From an archaeon (lineage in GTDB: Archaea; Iainarchaeota; Iainarchaeia; Iainarchaeales; 1-14-0-10-31-34): 32,000 nucleotides of DNA. Positions 9,779 through 17,934 of this stretch are shown piece by piece. The notes beneath the pieces are model-generated. The model saw only the letters and a program-made list of their open reading frames with translations. It searched no databases and had not been told where the DNA came from. The stretch is taken from assembly GCA_024277355.1 (NCBI GenBank), contig JAJRVL010000005.1:1-32000 (forward strand), written 5' to 3'. A program made the position numbers and the translations under genes. Each line of letters begins with the position of its first letter. The first letter of the stretch is position 1.

Positions 9779-11394
9779 GAGACTTATTTAGAAACTGGAA
9801 AGTAGTTTTATTGGTTGTATTTTTATTTTTAGCATTACTTTCACTTTCATTTAACGGCTTAAAATATGGCATTGACTTTAATGGAGGAACACAATTTCAG
9901 ATTCACTTAGCAAAACCTTTAGAAAATTCAGCTGAAATCGCTCAAGTTACTTCAATTATTTCTCATAGATTAGACTGGACCGGCTTAAAGGATACTAAAG
10001 TTACTGCTTGGGGTAATGAATTTATTATTGCTCAAGTAGCTGAAACTTCTCCTGAACAAGTTGAAAGAATTGAATTATTATTAAAAAAACAAGGAAGATT
10101 TGAAGCAACATTAAATGGAAAAACAATTTTTTCTGGTTCAGATATTTTGCATATTTTTAAGGATACATCTAAAGGTTATGGAATAATTAAACAAGGAGAG
10201 TCTTTTGAATGGCGTTTGCCTTTTTTGTTAAGTGAAGAAGCAGGACAAAGATTTACTGAAATGACTTTTCATCAATGCACTATTTCTGGTTTTGATGCTT
10301 CTCAAGGAAAAACTTATGATTGTGAAAAAACTTATTTTTTCATTGACCGTCCTTCAGCAGTAATTTTAATGCCTTCTTTAATGCATTCAAAAAACAAAGA
10401 TTTATTATTGACTGGAAATTTAACTGAAAATATTCCTCAAGGAACAGACATAGATGAATTACTTTTAAATGCACAGACTCCATTAATTTTAACTGATTCA
10501 AATTTATCTGATTCAGATAAAAATGAATTAATGAATTATTCTAAGACTTTTGAAAATGTAATTATTCCTTCAAATACTTTTTCTGAACAATTTTTGCTTG
10601 ACTTAAATGCTTTTGGATTTAAAGTAACTGAACTGGAACAAGAAAAAAATATTCCTTGGATTTGGAATGCTGTCGGCGTAAGAGAAGTTATTTCTTTAAG
10701 TGAAGACATAACAAACATGAATCCTTATATTGAAGATGTAAAAGATGCAAAAAGATATTCTGAATTAGTTATCAGAGGTTTTGGTTCAGATGAACAAGAT
10801 GCATTAACTAAACTTTCAAATTTAGCTATTTTGCTTGAATCAGGTTCTCTTCCTATTGGTGTAGAATCAATTGGAAAAGAAACAATTTCTCCTAATTTAG
10901 GAGAAGAATTTTTGTTTGTTGTTGCTTTAATGGGAATAATTTCTTTGATTGTAGTTATGTTAGTTTTATTTATCCGATACAAAGAACCAAGATTAATTAT
11001 TCCTATTGGGTTTACTATTTTTTCTGAAGTAGTTTTAATTTTAGGTTTTGCTTCTTTTATTAAATGGAATTTAGATTTAGCATCTCTTGCAGGAATTGTT
11101 GCTGCAGTTGGAACTGGAGTTGACCATCAGATTATTATTTCAGATGAATTATTAAGAAAAGAAGCAGATTATGAAACCTCTTTTGTTAACAGGGTTAAAA
11201 GAGCTTTTTTCATTATTTTTGCTGCTGCTGCCACTTCTTTGGTTACAATGGCTCCAATAATTTTATTTGGTTTTGGTTTAGGAAAACTTGTAGGTTTTGC
11301 AATAACTACTATTTCAGGAGTATTAATTGGTGTTTTTATTACAAGACCTGCTTTTGGAGAAATAGCAAAATACTTGTTAACTAAATCAAAGTAA
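9775..11394 (+). CDS. secD: Protein-export membrane protein SecD
   Basis: GIDFNGGTQFQIHL, a large periplasmic-type loop, then a TM bundle with VGTGVDHQIIISDELLRKE. Its start overlaps the secF stop by 4 nt (ATGA). Confidence 0.85.
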   Translation: MRDLFRNWKVVLLVVFLFLALLSLSFNGLKYGIDFNGGTQFQIHLAKPLENSAEIAQVTSIISHRLDWTGLKDTKVTAWGNEFIIAQVAETSPEQVERIELLLKKQGRFEATLNGKTIFSGSDILHIFKDTSKGYGIIKQGESFEWRLPFLLSEEAGQRFTEMTFHQCTISGFDASQGKTYDCEKTYFFIDRPSAVILMPSLMHSKNKDLLLTGNLTENIPQGTDIDELLLNAQTPLILTDSNLSDSDKNELMNYSKTFENVIIPSNTFSEQFLLDLNAFGFKVTELEQEKNIPWIWNAVGVREVISLSEDITNMNPYIEDVKDAKRYSELVIRGFGSDEQDALTKLSNLAILLESGSLPIGVESIGKETISPNLGEEFLFVVALMGIISLIVVMLVLFIRYKEPRLIIPIGFTIFSEVVLILGFASFIKWNLDLASLAGIVAAVGTGVDHQIIISDELLRKEADYETSFVNRVKRAFFIIFAAAATSLVTMAPIILFGFGLGKLVGFAITTISGVLIGVFITRPAFGEIAKYLLTKSK

Positions 11395-11427
11395 TCTTTT
11401 TTAATTACAAAAAACACTATTTGTTTA

Positions 11428-12024
11428 ATGAAACCCAAAAAAAGACCTGTAATAAAGCCAAGAAAAAGACTTTCAGTAAAAAAACAATTAGAGTCAACTA
11501 AAGGATTAACTAAAAGAGAATTAGTTTGGGCAAAACAAAAAAGAAAAAAACTAAAACAAGTTAAATCAACTGGAAACAAAAAACAAGCATTAATTCAATT
11601 AAAAGATTTTCCCAAGTCCCATTTTTTTATTCATCAACATCTTCCAGTTGAAAAAAGAATTTATTCTACTGGATTGCCTAGTGCAGGAGATATTGCATTC
11701 TTATCTGCTTTAATGCGAAAAGGAAAAGCAAAAACTGGTGTTTTAGCTTCAACTAATAATAAAGGAAAAATAACAGGTTATACTTTTTTTAAATTAAATA
11801 AACCTTTATCAAAAATAGACACTAATTTTTTGTCAATGATTATTGATAATGTTTTTGAAAAAGAAGTTAATGCAAGAACTTTAATTGATTACAGTAAAAC
11901 TCTTAAATCTGTCTTAAAAAAAGGAGGATATATTTTAACTCAAAAAACTGTTGCTATTCAGGGTTATAAATTTAACAAATCAGTAGGTTCTTTTGTAAAA
12001 ACAAGAAAAACTAAATCAAAGTAA
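11428..12024 (+). CDS. Hypothetical protein with a Lys/Arg-rich N-terminal tail
   Basis: 198-aa ORF 33 nt after secD on the same strand. The N-terminal ~55 aa are highly basic (MKPKKRPVIKPRKRLSVKK...). The C-terminal LKSVLKKGGYIL resembles the LKSGGKLLI segment of the ORF at 14060. No family recognised. Confidence 0.5.
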   Translation: MKPKKRPVIKPRKRLSVKKQLESTKGLTKRELVWAKQKRKKLKQVKSTGNKKQALIQLKDFPKSHFFIHQHLPVEKRIYSTGLPSAGDIAFLSALMRKGKAKTGVLASTNNKGKITGYTFFKLNKPLSKIDTNFLSMIIDNVFEKEVNARTLIDYSKTLKSVLKKGGYILTQKTVAIQGYKFNKSVGSFVKTRKTKSK

Positions 12025-12513
12025 CTCGTTGAATTCTTCTACTTTAGCTATCTTTTTTGTAAAGTAATACCATAACATGACAATAAATAATGCAGTAGCC
12101 ATCCATGAAATTTCATGTACAATTGAAATCAAATGAACTCCATAATTAATTCCTACCCATAACACAAAATAAATTCTGATTAAATTTAATACAAACATTA
12201 TTGCTGATGCAGCCAAAAAAATCTTGATTTTTTGTTTGATTTCTGGTTTGCTTAAAGAAAAAATTATTGCAGCAATAATGCTAATACTTACTAATCCAGT
12301 ACAAGAAGGATTAATTAATATTTTTTGGGTTTCAATAAACATTAAGTTTCCTTCAACCGGAAGATTAAATGCATTTGCCTGAATTAATGCAATCCATTTC
12401 TGAATAAAAGTTGTTGGAATAGTCCAAACTAAAAAATGCAAAACAGAAAAAATTAAAGTAAATTTAATTAAAAATAAAAGTGTTTTTTTGTTTCCTTCAA
12501 TGAATTTATGCAT
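12016..12513 (-). CDS. Exosortase/archaeosortase-family transpeptidase, minimal 165-aa form
   Basis: Polytopic membrane protein. It has the family's Cys/Arg/His arrangement in the expected order and context: INPSCTGLVSISI, then NLIRIYFVLW, then VHEISWMATALF. Its ATG is 1 nt after the carS stop. Confidence 0.7.
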   Translation of the reverse strand: MHKFIEGNKKTLLFLIKFTLIFSVLHFLVWTIPTTFIQKWIALIQANAFNLPVEGNLMFIETQKILINPSCTGLVSISIIAAIIFSLSKPEIKQKIKIFLAASAIMFVLNLIRIYFVLWVGINYGVHLISIVHEISWMATALFIVMLWYYFTKKIAKVEEFNELL

Positions 12514-12514
12514 T

Positions 12515-13027
12515 TTACCACGGAACCTTTTTTATTTTAAGTTTAAATGCAAGAAAATTACTTGCTTTATGTGCAATTAACGTAATAAAACAAATTAACA
12601 AAAACATTTCAGCTGAAACAGAATAAATTAAGCTTCCAAATAATATTACTCCGACAACAAAATCTAATTGGTCTAAAAGTAATATTGGCTTGCCTGTTGT
12701 AATGTCAAATCTTCTTTTAACAAAACTTGCAGCCACATCTCCCATTATTGCTCCAAAAGAAAGAAGTATTCCATAAAAAACATACTGAGGAATTATTGGA
12801 ACATTTCCTTGAAAATAAAAATCTAAAATTAAAACTGAAATTATTCCTGAAATAACTCCAAAAAAAGTTCCTTTAATTGATTTTCCTTTTCCAAACAAAG
12901 GTTTTTCATCAAAAAAATTCAAGTTAAAATCCATTTGTGTTTTTCCTGCAAAAAGCATTGCAGAAGAATTAGCAACATATAATGGAATTAAAATTAAAAT
13001 TATTTCAATTAAAAAAGAATAACTCAT
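12515..13027 (-). CDS. carS: CDP-archaeol synthase (CDP-2,3-bis-O-geranylgeranyl-sn-glycerol synthase)
   Basis: 170 aa. LIPLYVANSSAMLF, GKGKSIKGTFFG, GAIMGDVAASFVKRRF, LLLDQLDFVVG and a C-terminal KKVPW match the CarS (DUF46) pattern. Confidence 0.85.
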   Translation of the reverse strand: MSYSFLIEIILILIPLYVANSSAMLFAGKTQMDFNLNFFDEKPLFGKGKSIKGTFFGVISGIISVLILDFYFQGNVPIIPQYVFYGILLSFGAIMGDVAASFVKRRFDITTGKPILLLDQLDFVVGVILFGSLIYSVSAEMFLLICFITLIAHKASNFLAFKLKIKKVPW

Positions 13028-13143
13028 TTCTTCGCCTTTTTTTTATTAAGTGTGTTTGGTTATTTAATATTTATTACTGTTTTTTGTTTAAATAGTTTTC
13101 TTAACTCAATCCTTTTTTATTTTTAACATGTGTTAATTGTTTT

Positions 13144-14031
13144 ATGAATAAAATTTTTATTGCAGTAATTTTAGGATTAATTTTTTTAGTGTTATTAGCT
13201 TTAAGTTTTTCTGCTTTGTTTTCTGGATTAAATGAAGAAATAGCAGTAATTCCAATTAAAGGAGAAATCTCTTCTTCTGGAGATAGTTTTTCTTCTTCTA
13301 TGAGTTCAACTGAAATCGCAGAAAAAATAAAGCAAGCTGATTCAAATCCATTAATTAAAGCAATTTTTTTAGATATTGATTCCGGAGGAGGAAGTGTTGT
13401 TGCAACAAAAGAAATAGTTTATGCTGTAAGAGAAACAGAAAAACCAATTACTGCATATATTGGAGAAATAGGTGCGTCAGGAGCTTATTATATTGCAGCA
13501 TCTTCAGATTTAATTATTGCAGATGAAGATTCTATAACAGGAAGTATTGGGGTAATAAGTGTTTCAGCTAATGTTACTGGTTTATTAGAAAAACTGGGAA
13601 TTAAAGTTACTGTTTTAAAAGAAGGAGAATTCAAAGATATTGGTTCTCCATTTAAAGAATTAAATGAAAAAGAAAAAGAAATTTTAAATGAATTAATTTC
13701 TGAAGTAGCAGTAAACTTCAAAAAAGATATTTTAGATTTCAGAAAAGAAAAAATGCAGGAAGAAAAATTTAATCAAATAGCTGATGGAAGAATTCTTTCA
13801 GGAAGAAAAGCAAAAGAAATAGGTTTAATTGATTTTACTGGAAGTAAAAGTTTTGCAATAAAAAAAACAGCTGAATTAGCAGGCATTAAAGGAAAACCTT
13901 CATTAAAGTATTTTAAAAAAGAACAATCTGATTTATTTTCTTTGTTTTCTAAAATGGGTTATTCTTTTGGTTCTGGTTTTGTTTCTTCACTTAAGGCATC
14001 TAATTCTAATTTCCAGTTATATGCAAAATAA
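13144..14031 (+). CDS. sppA: Signal peptide peptidase SppA (S49 family, 36K type)
   Basis: N-terminal TM anchor, then IDSGGGSV, YIGEIGASGAYYIAASSDLIIADEDSITGSIGVI and a GRILSGRKAKEIGLID motif. Confidence 0.9.
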   Translation: MNKIFIAVILGLIFLVLLALSFSALFSGLNEEIAVIPIKGEISSSGDSFSSSMSSTEIAEKIKQADSNPLIKAIFLDIDSGGGSVVATKEIVYAVRETEKPITAYIGEIGASGAYYIAASSDLIIADEDSITGSIGVISVSANVTGLLEKLGIKVTVLKEGEFKDIGSPFKELNEKEKEILNELISEVAVNFKKDILDFRKEKMQEEKFNQIADGRILSGRKAKEIGLIDFTGSKSFAIKKTAELAGIKGKPSLKYFKKEQSDLFSLFSKMGYSFGSGFVSSLKASNSNFQLYAK

Positions 14032-14059
14032 TTAAATACTTCTATTCCGTGTTTTTTTT

Positions 14060-14740
14060 ATGAAGCCAAAACCAAGAAAACTTTCTTCTGCAATGCTTGC
14101 TAAAAGAAAAAAAACTGATGTTTCTGAAAGCAGATTAAATGCAATAAAAAAAATGGCTAAACCAAGAAAAAAAAGAGTTATAGTTCATTTAGGAAATGTA
14201 GGTTCAGGAAAAACCAAAGTAGGAACCATTAAAATAAATCATTTTCCTGCACAAAAAACTTTTGCTTATGCTAAAAAGTTTCCAAATTTTAAGTTTATTG
14301 GAATTGATGCCTTGCATTTAGGGCTTTATATGCAAATAAAACCAAAAAATATGAATCAAATTAAAGCAGGATTTAAAGGAGGTTTAGGTAAATTAAAGGA
14401 TAATTCAGTTGATTTAATTTCTTCTGAAATGGCTTTAGGTTATTATGGCTCAAAATTTAAGGGAGTAAATAAATCTCAAAAAGGAAATTACAGGGAATAC
14501 ACAAAAAAAGTTACAGAAAGAGCTTACAAAAAACTTAAATCAGGAGGAAAATTATTGATTGCATTAGACTCTGATATAATTGCGTCTGTGTTTGACTCTC
14601 TGGTTTCTGTAGGATTTAAGCCTGAAAATATTAAAGCAAAATTAATGACAAAAAAAGAAAGCCAAAGAACTTATTGGCTTGAAAATTATAAAAAAGAACA
14701 TCAAGGAATTATATTTTATCAGTTAAGTGCAGTAAAATAA
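14060..14740 (+). CDS. Class I SAM-methyltransferase-like protein with a basic N-terminal tail
   Basis: VIVHLGNVGSG (motif I-like), AKKFPNFKFIGIDA (motif II-like), NSVDLISSEMAL and YKKLKSGGKLLIAL (post-motif). The N-terminal ~40 aa are Lys/Arg-rich (MKPKPRK...). The fold assignment is tentative. Confidence 0.5.
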   Translation: MKPKPRKLSSAMLAKRKKTDVSESRLNAIKKMAKPRKKRVIVHLGNVGSGKTKVGTIKINHFPAQKTFAYAKKFPNFKFIGIDALHLGLYMQIKPKNMNQIKAGFKGGLGKLKDNSVDLISSEMALGYYGSKFKGVNKSQKGNYREYTKKVTERAYKKLKSGGKLLIALDSDIIASVFDSLVSVGFKPENIKAKLMTKKESQRTYWLENYKKEHQGIIFYQLSAVK

Positions 14741-14741
14741 T

Positions 14742-15428
14742 TTAACCTGCAATTATAACTGAAATTATTACTGCAATTGAAGTTGCAATAAAATTAACTA
14801 AAGTGTTTGAAAGTTTTCCTTTTCTTTCAAATAAAGCCCCTAAAATGCTGTCAGCAAAACTTCCAATTAATCCTGCGAATAAAATTATTCCTGCAAAAAA
14901 CACGCTTGAATATAATGCATAATACATTAATGCAATTAATCCTGCTCCAATAAAAGCTGAAATACTTCCTAAAACGGTTATTCCTCCGTCTGTTCCTGTT
15001 TCAACTTCCTGAAAATTAGTTATAAGCAAAGGTTTTTTTTTAGATAACATGCCTATTTCTGAACTCATTGTATCAGCTAAAGCAGCTGAAATTACAGCAA
15101 AAAACCCTAAAGGAAAATTTAATCCTAAAGCAATCACTGCAGCTAAAGAATTTCCTAAAACGTTTCCTGTTGTTCTTGTTTCATGTTTTTCTTTTCTTTT
15201 TTTTGCTCCATATTTAGTGCTTAATTCTCCTATTATAAGAAAATAAGTCATAAACAAAAAAGCAGTTAATCCGCCAACTGAAGTCATTAACCCAAAAAAA
15301 ATAGTAATTAATCCAATTAAGATTCCAATTATTATTCCTTTTTTGTCAAAACTTTTTTTTCTTAATGACGTAAAAGAAAATAATGCAAAAACTAGTATTA
15401 TTATAATTATTTCAGGAAAGCTTAACAC
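14742..15428 (-). CDS. DUF92/TMEM19-family integral membrane protein (VTE6-like, possible isoprenoid-phosphate kinase)
   Basis: RTTGNVLGNSLAAV, ALADTMSSEIGMLSKKKPLLI, ETGTDGGITVLGS and GSFADSILGA fit DUF92. Its start lies 2 nt after the rps3ae stop. Confidence 0.7.
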   Translation of the reverse strand: MLSFPEIIIIILVFALFSFTSLRKKSFDKKGIIIGILIGLITIFFGLMTSVGGLTAFLFMTYFLIIGELSTKYGAKKRKEKHETRTTGNVLGNSLAAVIALGLNFPLGFFAVISAALADTMSSEIGMLSKKKPLLITNFQEVETGTDGGITVLGSISAFIGAGLIALMYYALYSSVFFAGIILFAGLIGSFADSILGALFERKGKLSNTLVNFIATSIAVIISVIIAG

Positions 15429-15430
15429 TT

Positions 15431-16051
15431 TTATTTCCCTTCAATTAACTTTGTTTTGATGACTTCAACTCTTTTGATTAAGCCGACTTTTTTTGCGTCA
15501 TTCTGGATTTTTATTGCAATGTTTCCAAAAATCATTTCATTTACAAAATCATCAAAGTCTCTTTTTTTTGAAGCATAAGCAATTTTTTCAAGCATTATTT
15601 TTCTTATTGCTGTTTCTTTTATTTTTGGAAGTTTTCTAAATGAAACTACGACTGTTTTTACTCTTGCTTTTTGTCCTTCTTTTAAATTAACTATCTGGTT
15701 TGTTTCCATTTTGCTTGTTCTTCTTCTAATAATTCTTTTAATGAAATTAGTGTTTATTTCATGCCCTATTAATTTAGTGTAAGCTTTTAATCCCTGAACA
15801 TTAAATATTTTAAAATATAAAGTTACATGCTGTTTTTTTGGATTTCCTGTTAATTCTCTTGCATTTAAGTTAATTACTCTGTTTTCAAGTGTTTCTGGTT
15901 TTTCTGCAACTGTTTCTCCAATTTCTTTTTGGTCAAACATTTTTGGTGCAAAAATAGTAAACCATTTTTTTTTCTTCCATTTATCAGTTGTTCTTCTTGA
16001 ATCAGTTCTTTTTGGTTTTATTTTTTGTTTTTTTTCTTCTTTTTTTGCCAT
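15431..16051 (-). CDS. rps3ae: 30S ribosomal protein S3Ae (eS1)
   Basis: KKKKWFTIFAPKMFDQKEIGETVAEKPETLENRVINLNARELTG is the typical eS1 N-terminal region. 206 aa. Confidence 0.9.
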   Translation of the reverse strand: MAKKEEKKQKIKPKRTDSRRTTDKWKKKKWFTIFAPKMFDQKEIGETVAEKPETLENRVINLNARELTGNPKKQHVTLYFKIFNVQGLKAYTKLIGHEINTNFIKRIIRRRTSKMETNQIVNLKEGQKARVKTVVVSFRKLPKIKETAIRKIMLEKIAYASKKRDFDDFVNEMIFGNIAIKIQNDAKKVGLIKRVEVIKTKLIEGK

Positions 16052-16173
16052 AATTATCCCTATTTGATTTCCTGAATTATTTTTTCTCCTTGTTCAAGCA
16101 TTTTTTTTTAAGTCTTTTCCTTTTGTTTCTTTAGAAAAATTTTTTGATGAAATTTTCATAGTATAATCCACAA

Positions 16174-16632
16174 TTATTTCACCATTAATTCTGCTTCTTT
16201 TTCAGTGTATCTCCATTTTTCTGGAATTCTGTCTTTTTTTGAATAATATTTTGTTAGTCTTCTAATTTTAGATACAGTTAATTGATATCCTCTTTTAGCT
16301 GTTTTATCATGATTGTTTTCTTTCATATGCTTTTTTTCTTTAACTGATTTTCTGATTAAATTAAGCAGGTCTCTTGGAAAGTCTTGTTTTAATCCTTCAG
16401 TGTCATCAATTATTTTCTGAATTTTTAGTTTTGTTGCTGATCTAACTGATGGAACTGCATAAACATCTCTTAAAGTTATTCCTATTTCTGAAGCAGTATG
16501 TCCTTTATGGGTTAATTCAATTATTTTTTCTTTTATTTCTTTTGCACTTAATCCAGTCCATTCAGGATTGTCTTTTTTTATCGGCCTTTTTGATTTGCTT
16601 TTTCCTTTGCTTCTTCCATGCATTTTTGCCAA
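16174..16632 (-). CDS. rps15: 30S ribosomal protein S15 (uS15, S13e type)
   Basis: MAKMHGRSKGKSKSKRP...HTASEIGITLRDVYAVPSV...RRLTKYY. The conserved N-terminus is only obtained with the TTG start at 16632-16630. Confidence 0.92.
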   Translation of the reverse strand: MAKMHGRSKGKSKSKRPIKKDNPEWTGLSAKEIKEKIIELTHKGHTASEIGITLRDVYAVPSVRSATKLKIQKIIDDTEGLKQDFPRDLLNLIRKSVKEKKHMKENNHDKTAKRGYQLTVSKIRRLTKYYSKKDRIPEKWRYTEKEAELMVK

Positions 16633-16755
16633 ATTAATCTACCCCTTTTAATAAAGTCATTTAATATGTGTGTAAAATGAATTCAAAAAATAGCATTAAA
16701 TTAATGCTTAGTAATATTATTTCTGAAACATTAGGTTTTTATAGGTTTTTAAGGG

Positions 16756-17358
16756 CTACAAATACCTTTTCCTTTTCTCAACTTCCTCAATTCTTTTCAG
16801 TACTTCTTTTCCTTTACTGCTTTTTAAGTATCCTTGTTCAATCCAGTTCCATTTTTGTTCTTTTTCAGGATAACTAGACAAAAAAGTTTTCTTAAATCCT
16901 AATAAATCAACTGCAAAATCTTCTATTTTATGTGAATTAAATCCTAATCCAAAATCAATGAAAAAAATTTTTCTTTTTTTAATTAAAATATTATTTGAAG
17001 TTAAGTCTCCGTGAACAATTGAATTTAAATGAAGCAGTGAAATTTGTTTTCCGATTTCAATAAATTCTTTTTTTTCCATTGAATTAATTTTTTCTTTTAT
17101 TTTTTTTGCGTTAAGCCATTCCATTAAAATTGAATTTTTGTTGTAGTCAATTCTGTAAATTATTGGCGTTCTTATTCCGGCTATTTTTGCTTTGTGAAGT
17201 AAATTTACTTCAGCTTTTATTCTTTCTTTTCTTATTTTTTCATCTAATTTTTTTTCTCTGTATTTTTTTGGGATTCTTTCTTTTTCAACAGCTTTTTTTC
17301 CATTAAACTCAACTAAAAAAGTTTTTGCTTCTGCTCCTTCAAAAATAAGTTTTTTCAT
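16756..17358 (-). CDS. bud32: Bud32/PRPK-type atypical kinase (KEOPS subunit)
   Basis: 200 aa with GAEAKTF, catalytic HGDLTSNNILI and FIDFGLG. The small RIO-like size is typical of Bud32. Confidence 0.85.
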   Translation of the reverse strand: MKKLIFEGAEAKTFLVEFNGKKAVEKERIPKKYREKKLDEKIRKERIKAEVNLLHKAKIAGIRTPIIYRIDYNKNSILMEWLNAKKIKEKINSMEKKEFIEIGKQISLLHLNSIVHGDLTSNNILIKKRKIFFIDFGLGFNSHKIEDFAVDLLGFKKTFLSSYPEKEQKWNWIEQGYLKSSKGKEVLKRIEEVEKRKRYL

Positions 17359-17384
17359 ATAAACAAGTATTTAAAAAAAAGATT

Positions 17385-17912
17385 TTAACATCTTTGTTTT
17401 GTTTGTTCTTTTAATTCACTGAAAGAAATTATTGCAGAAGAAGTAGTATCTAATGCATTTTCATTAAATTCAGTTGTTTTTGAAGCAAACAAAGAATAAT
17501 TTGAAATATAATTTTGAATTGAATCTCTTGCAGAAGAAGCTGAAGTTCTGATTGAATCAATTAAGTCAATTTGATCTAAACAATTGCTTGTCTGCTGTAA
17601 TTCAGCTAAATTTAACTGCATTAAAATTAATTCTTTTCTTGTTTTAATTAAAGCTCTTAAGGCTTTAACTGAATCATTCTGTCTTTTTTCATTTAATTCT
17701 GTTTCAAAATCAACTAATTCAGCATTATATTCAGCTAATTTCTGGTGTTCTGTTGGAACAATTCCTATTTTAACAAATTTTTCATCCATTGCATTAATTC
17801 TTTTTATTCCTTCATCAAAAGAAACTGTGTTGAAAACCTGTTCAACAAAAACAAAGTAAAGCATAATTACTGCTACAAGCAACACCAATAATAATTTACT
17901 TTTTGTATTCAT
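17385..17912 (-). CDS. Hypothetical signal-anchored helical protein
   Basis: N-terminal TM or signal anchor (KLLLVLLVAVIMLYFVFV) followed by a predicted helical/coiled region. No family recognised. Confidence 0.45.
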   Translation of the reverse strand: MNTKSKLLLVLLVAVIMLYFVFVEQVFNTVSFDEGIKRINAMDEKFVKIGIVPTEHQKLAEYNAELVDFETELNEKRQNDSVKALRALIKTRKELILMQLNLAELQQTSNCLDQIDLIDSIRTSASSARDSIQNYISNYSLFASKTTEFNENALDTTSSAIISFSELKEQTKQRC

Positions 17913-17934
17913 TTTAATTCACTTTATTTTTTTA

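Noticed and set aside
11632-11691. JAMM/MPN-like motif (HQH...PSAGD) in ORF 11428
   Set aside because: The spacing between HxH and SxxD is about twice the canonical 7 residues. There is also too little sequence upstream of the HxH for the N-terminal strands and catalytic Glu of a JAB fold.
13123-13136. ttaaca-tg-tgttaa inverted repeat just upstream of sppA
   Set aside because: The arms are only 6 bp and the repeat is probably a chance occurrence.
14192-14215. Walker A-like GNVGSGKT in ORF 14060, suggesting a P-loop NTPase
   Set aside because: The downstream layout (AKKFPNFKFIGIDA, SVDLISS, LKSGGKLLI) fits a Rossmann-type methyltransferase better. No convincing Walker B or kinase lid is seen. 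The call is kept as methyltransferase-like at modest confidence.
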